Shown here in pieces: positions 63,711-64,000 of a stretch of 64,000 bases of DNA. Position 1 is the first letter of the stretch. Each line of letters opens with the position of its first letter. A program made the position numbers and the translations under genes. This DNA comes from Ginglymostoma cirratum (Eukaryota), in NCBI GenBank assembly GCA_024137785.1, contig JAHRHZ010000223.1, positions 15,734,967-15,798,966 of the forward strand. The letters run 5' to 3'. The notes below the pieces were generated by a model. It was not told the DNA's origin. It did not search any database and was given only the letters and a program-made list of their open reading frames with translations.

Positions 63711-64000
63711 ATCCCATCAGTAAAGTGATGGAAGGTGCCATCAACAGTGCTATCAAGCAGCACCTGCTCAGCAATAACCTGCTAAGTGATGCCCAGTTTG
63801 GATTCCGCCAGGACCACTCAGCTCCTGATCTCATTAAAGCCTCGGTTCAAACATGGACAAAACAGCCAAGTTCCAGAGGTGAGGTGAGAATGACAGCCCT
63901 TGGCATCAAGGCTATGTTCGACTGAGTGTGGCATCAAGGAGTCCTAGCAAAACTAGAATCAATGGGTATCGGGGGGGAAAACTTCCCAGTGGTTAGAGTC
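63711..64000 (+). mobile_element. Non-LTR retrotransposon RT fragment running off the window
   Basis: ISKVMEGAINSAIKQHLLSNNLLSDAQFGFRQDHSAPDL...TALGIKAMFD. Confidence 0.85.

Noticed and set aside
60250-64000. MTHFSD exon 1 and promoter
   Set aside because: No CpG island or convincing ATG exon with a phase-1 donor was found; it probably lies outside the window.
1-64000. CRISPR arrays, operons or other prokaryotic systems
   Set aside because: The DNA is eukaryotic with spliceosomal introns; no regularly spaced repeat-spacer array is present.

Overview
Vertebrate genomic DNA, most likely from a cartilaginous fish: the HE1/V-SINE-like and Deu-domain SINEs and the abundant CR1 and Penelope-like elements fit a shark. 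The window holds one host gene, MTHFSD, on the minus strand. Exons 2-8 can be traced by splice sites and reading phase from 60249 down to the stop at 5568; exon 1 and the promoter were not found and probably lie beyond 64000. The most notable feature is a tandem duplication of exon 3: two 114-nt phase-0 paralogous exons (48923-49036 and 48779-48892) separated by only 30 nt, which points to a sterically enforced mutually exclusive exon pair changing the ligase-like domain. The introns are full of decayed retroelements (CR1, L2, RTE, Rex1-like, Penelope-like, SINEs, one solo LTR). Many Penelope-derived termini carry minimal hammerhead-ribozyme cores, and several occur as 93-215 bp stand-alone insertions with their own target-site duplications. 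Repeat-free, motif-rich intronic blocks are candidate enhancers, since MTHFSD sits in the FOXF1-FOXC2-FOXL1 cluster in other vertebrates. There is one 10-N assembly gap at 26250-26259. Repeat boundaries and family names are by eye and approximate.
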